From NCBI GenBank assembly GCA_903813345.2, contig CAIIXF020000001.1, positions 8,060,001 through 8,124,000 on the forward strand: a stretch of 64,000 nucleotides of DNA. Reading direction: 5' to 3'. The stretch comes from Owenia fusiformis (lineage: Eukaryota). The stretch's first letter is position 1, and every line of letters starts with the position of its first letter. Shown here one piece after another: positions 62,701-64,000 of this stretch. The translations under genes were made by a program, and so were the position numbers. Below the pieces are notes generated by a model that did no database searches, was not told the origin of the DNA, and worked only from the letters and a program-made list of their open reading frames with translations.

Positions 62701-63951
62701 GATTACAAGCAGTTAGATGGAAATAAACTCCTAATTTCCAAACTAGTGATTTAACATTAAAAAAGAAGACAGTGTCAAATGACAGCACTTATATTTTTTC
62801 TGATAATCCAATGAAGGAATTTCAATAACTAATATCAGTTTAATGTTTAAAGAAATTTGTTCAGATGTACAAAACTCTCTGTATACTCAATACTAGTATA
62901 CCCTTAAGGGATGATATGGGAAATAATAAATAAAATAAATAAAAAACAACAGCTATTCTAAGAAGATATTAATATTCTATCTGCGCGGGAACAACTAACT
63001 TAAAGAAAGAACCCAAAACAACAATAAAAATCAACTGCTTATGTCACATTTCACAACATCCATGGAAATTACGATAACTCATACAGCTTAATAAATTGAT
63101 GTTTCCGTTTCAGCCTCAAGTGTTTCGACCTGGTGTGATTGACCCACAAAGAAGTTGGAAGCGCTTTATAACACATGACAGAATTAACAGTAGAAAATCT
63201 AAACCAAACAAAAATAAAATAATACATGAAAGATCGAATACAATACTTAGTGTAAGTAGAATTTGTATTTTAGGTATCTAAACAAACCAATGTTTTAGAA
63301 TTTGTGTAGGTCACATTTTTCTTTTGATTACGATCATCATCATCCAAAATAAAGTTTTATTACTAATTTAGAAAAAACAGATGTGTTTAAATCAACCCTG
63401 GATAAAAATCAACAATTTTCATGAACATTCACCAACAATTTTAACAAATTGTGCTACATCCTGCTATGTTTATGGAATTTGTACTATTTTGTTCAAATAC
63501 TCAACTAGACCCACCACACAGCTTACGTAATTCCATATCGTCGATTACAACGACAAACTACACTACCTATTTAAATTATAATTGATGATTATGTTCCTCC
63601 AGATAGGGCCTAGAGGTCCCCCTGGTCCTCCAGGACCACCTGGTCCCCCTGGGGCTGAGATAACCAAAGAAGTTATGATGAGAGAATTCAAGGAAATGGT
63701 CAGAGGTAAGAAGGTGTCATTTTTGTGAAATGAAACTGCAATCATGATGAAATCCATTCTCCGAACGCAGTGCTCCAGAGTCCAGACATCACCTAATCTG
63801 TTTTATTTTTTGTGGGTTGTAGCTCAGTGATTTAGACGGTCTTCATTTTGTTTTATGAATGGCATGTGAAAGTATATGAGGATAATAACGTAACCTATAT
63901 GTTGTTCCAGATGCAGCCGAAAGAAGGGCAGAGAGGCTATTGGCGGAAAGG
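50780..63951 (+). CDS. Adipolin/erythroferrone-like (C1q/TNF-related, FAM132 family) secreted protein, 5' part; exons 50780-50929 (link inferred), 63114-63251, 63603-63705, 63911-63951; continues beyond the window
   Basis: Signal-peptide exon ends GCG|gtatgt (phase 0). Then [12 protein letters not shown]...basic stretch, [48 protein letters not shown]. This matches the DP..W..F / short collagen / EF..L layout of ERFE and C1QTNF12. Phases are consistent. Confidence 0.8.
59092..59690 (+). repeat. Minisatellite built on ctcttactcaacagtcaac (19-35-bp variants)
   Basis: About 20 imperfect tandem copies with an internal ~140-bp block duplication. Confidence 0.95.
60660..61055 (+). repeat. Degenerate ~55-65-bp tandem repeat (ttggttgacgatacctct...attttgctcttcta)
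   Basis: About 6 diverged copies. Confidence 0.7.
61410..62372 (+). repeat. 28-bp minisatellite (tgatacctgtaacaagtgtggtaatata) with a higher-order ~140-bp unit
   Basis: More than 30 imperfect copies, most homogeneous at 62090-62310. Confidence 0.95.
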
Positions 63952-64000
63952 GTAAGCTAGGTACTTGTAAACAGTAATTTCATTATGTTGGTTATAACGA

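Noticed and set aside
63563-63757. Minus-strand GGP-repeat ORF
   Set aside because: Antisense shadow of the collagen-like exon on the + strand.

Overview
AT-rich, intron-containing animal genomic DNA. The repeat landscape (Tc1/mariner, hAT, Transib-like and Helentron-like elements) and gene set suggest a marine invertebrate such as a mollusc; this is inference. Exons were reconstructed by hand from splice sites. Genes: (1) two look-alike candidate terminal exons of an upstream + strand gene; (2) a 4-exon selenoprotein M-like gene on the - strand, missed by the ORF track, with an in-frame TGA in a CxxU motif, a U12-type intron donor, C-terminal KDEL and a clean SECIS; (3) a 6-exon PhyH-family Fe(II)/2OG dioxygenase; (4) an intronless class-I glutamine-amidotransferase-like gene with Ser-His-Asp in place of Cys-His-Glu; (5,6) two divergent SLC7/CAT-type amino-acid transporter paralogues; (7) a single-exon HS2ST/UST-like sulfotransferase; (8) the 5' part of an adipolin/erythroferrone-like gene. 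The most striking structure is a 3.87-kb hAT-like insertion between the selenoprotein stop codon and its SECIS. It carries a nested composite element with two identical ~460-bp direct repeats around a TTAGGG-like array.
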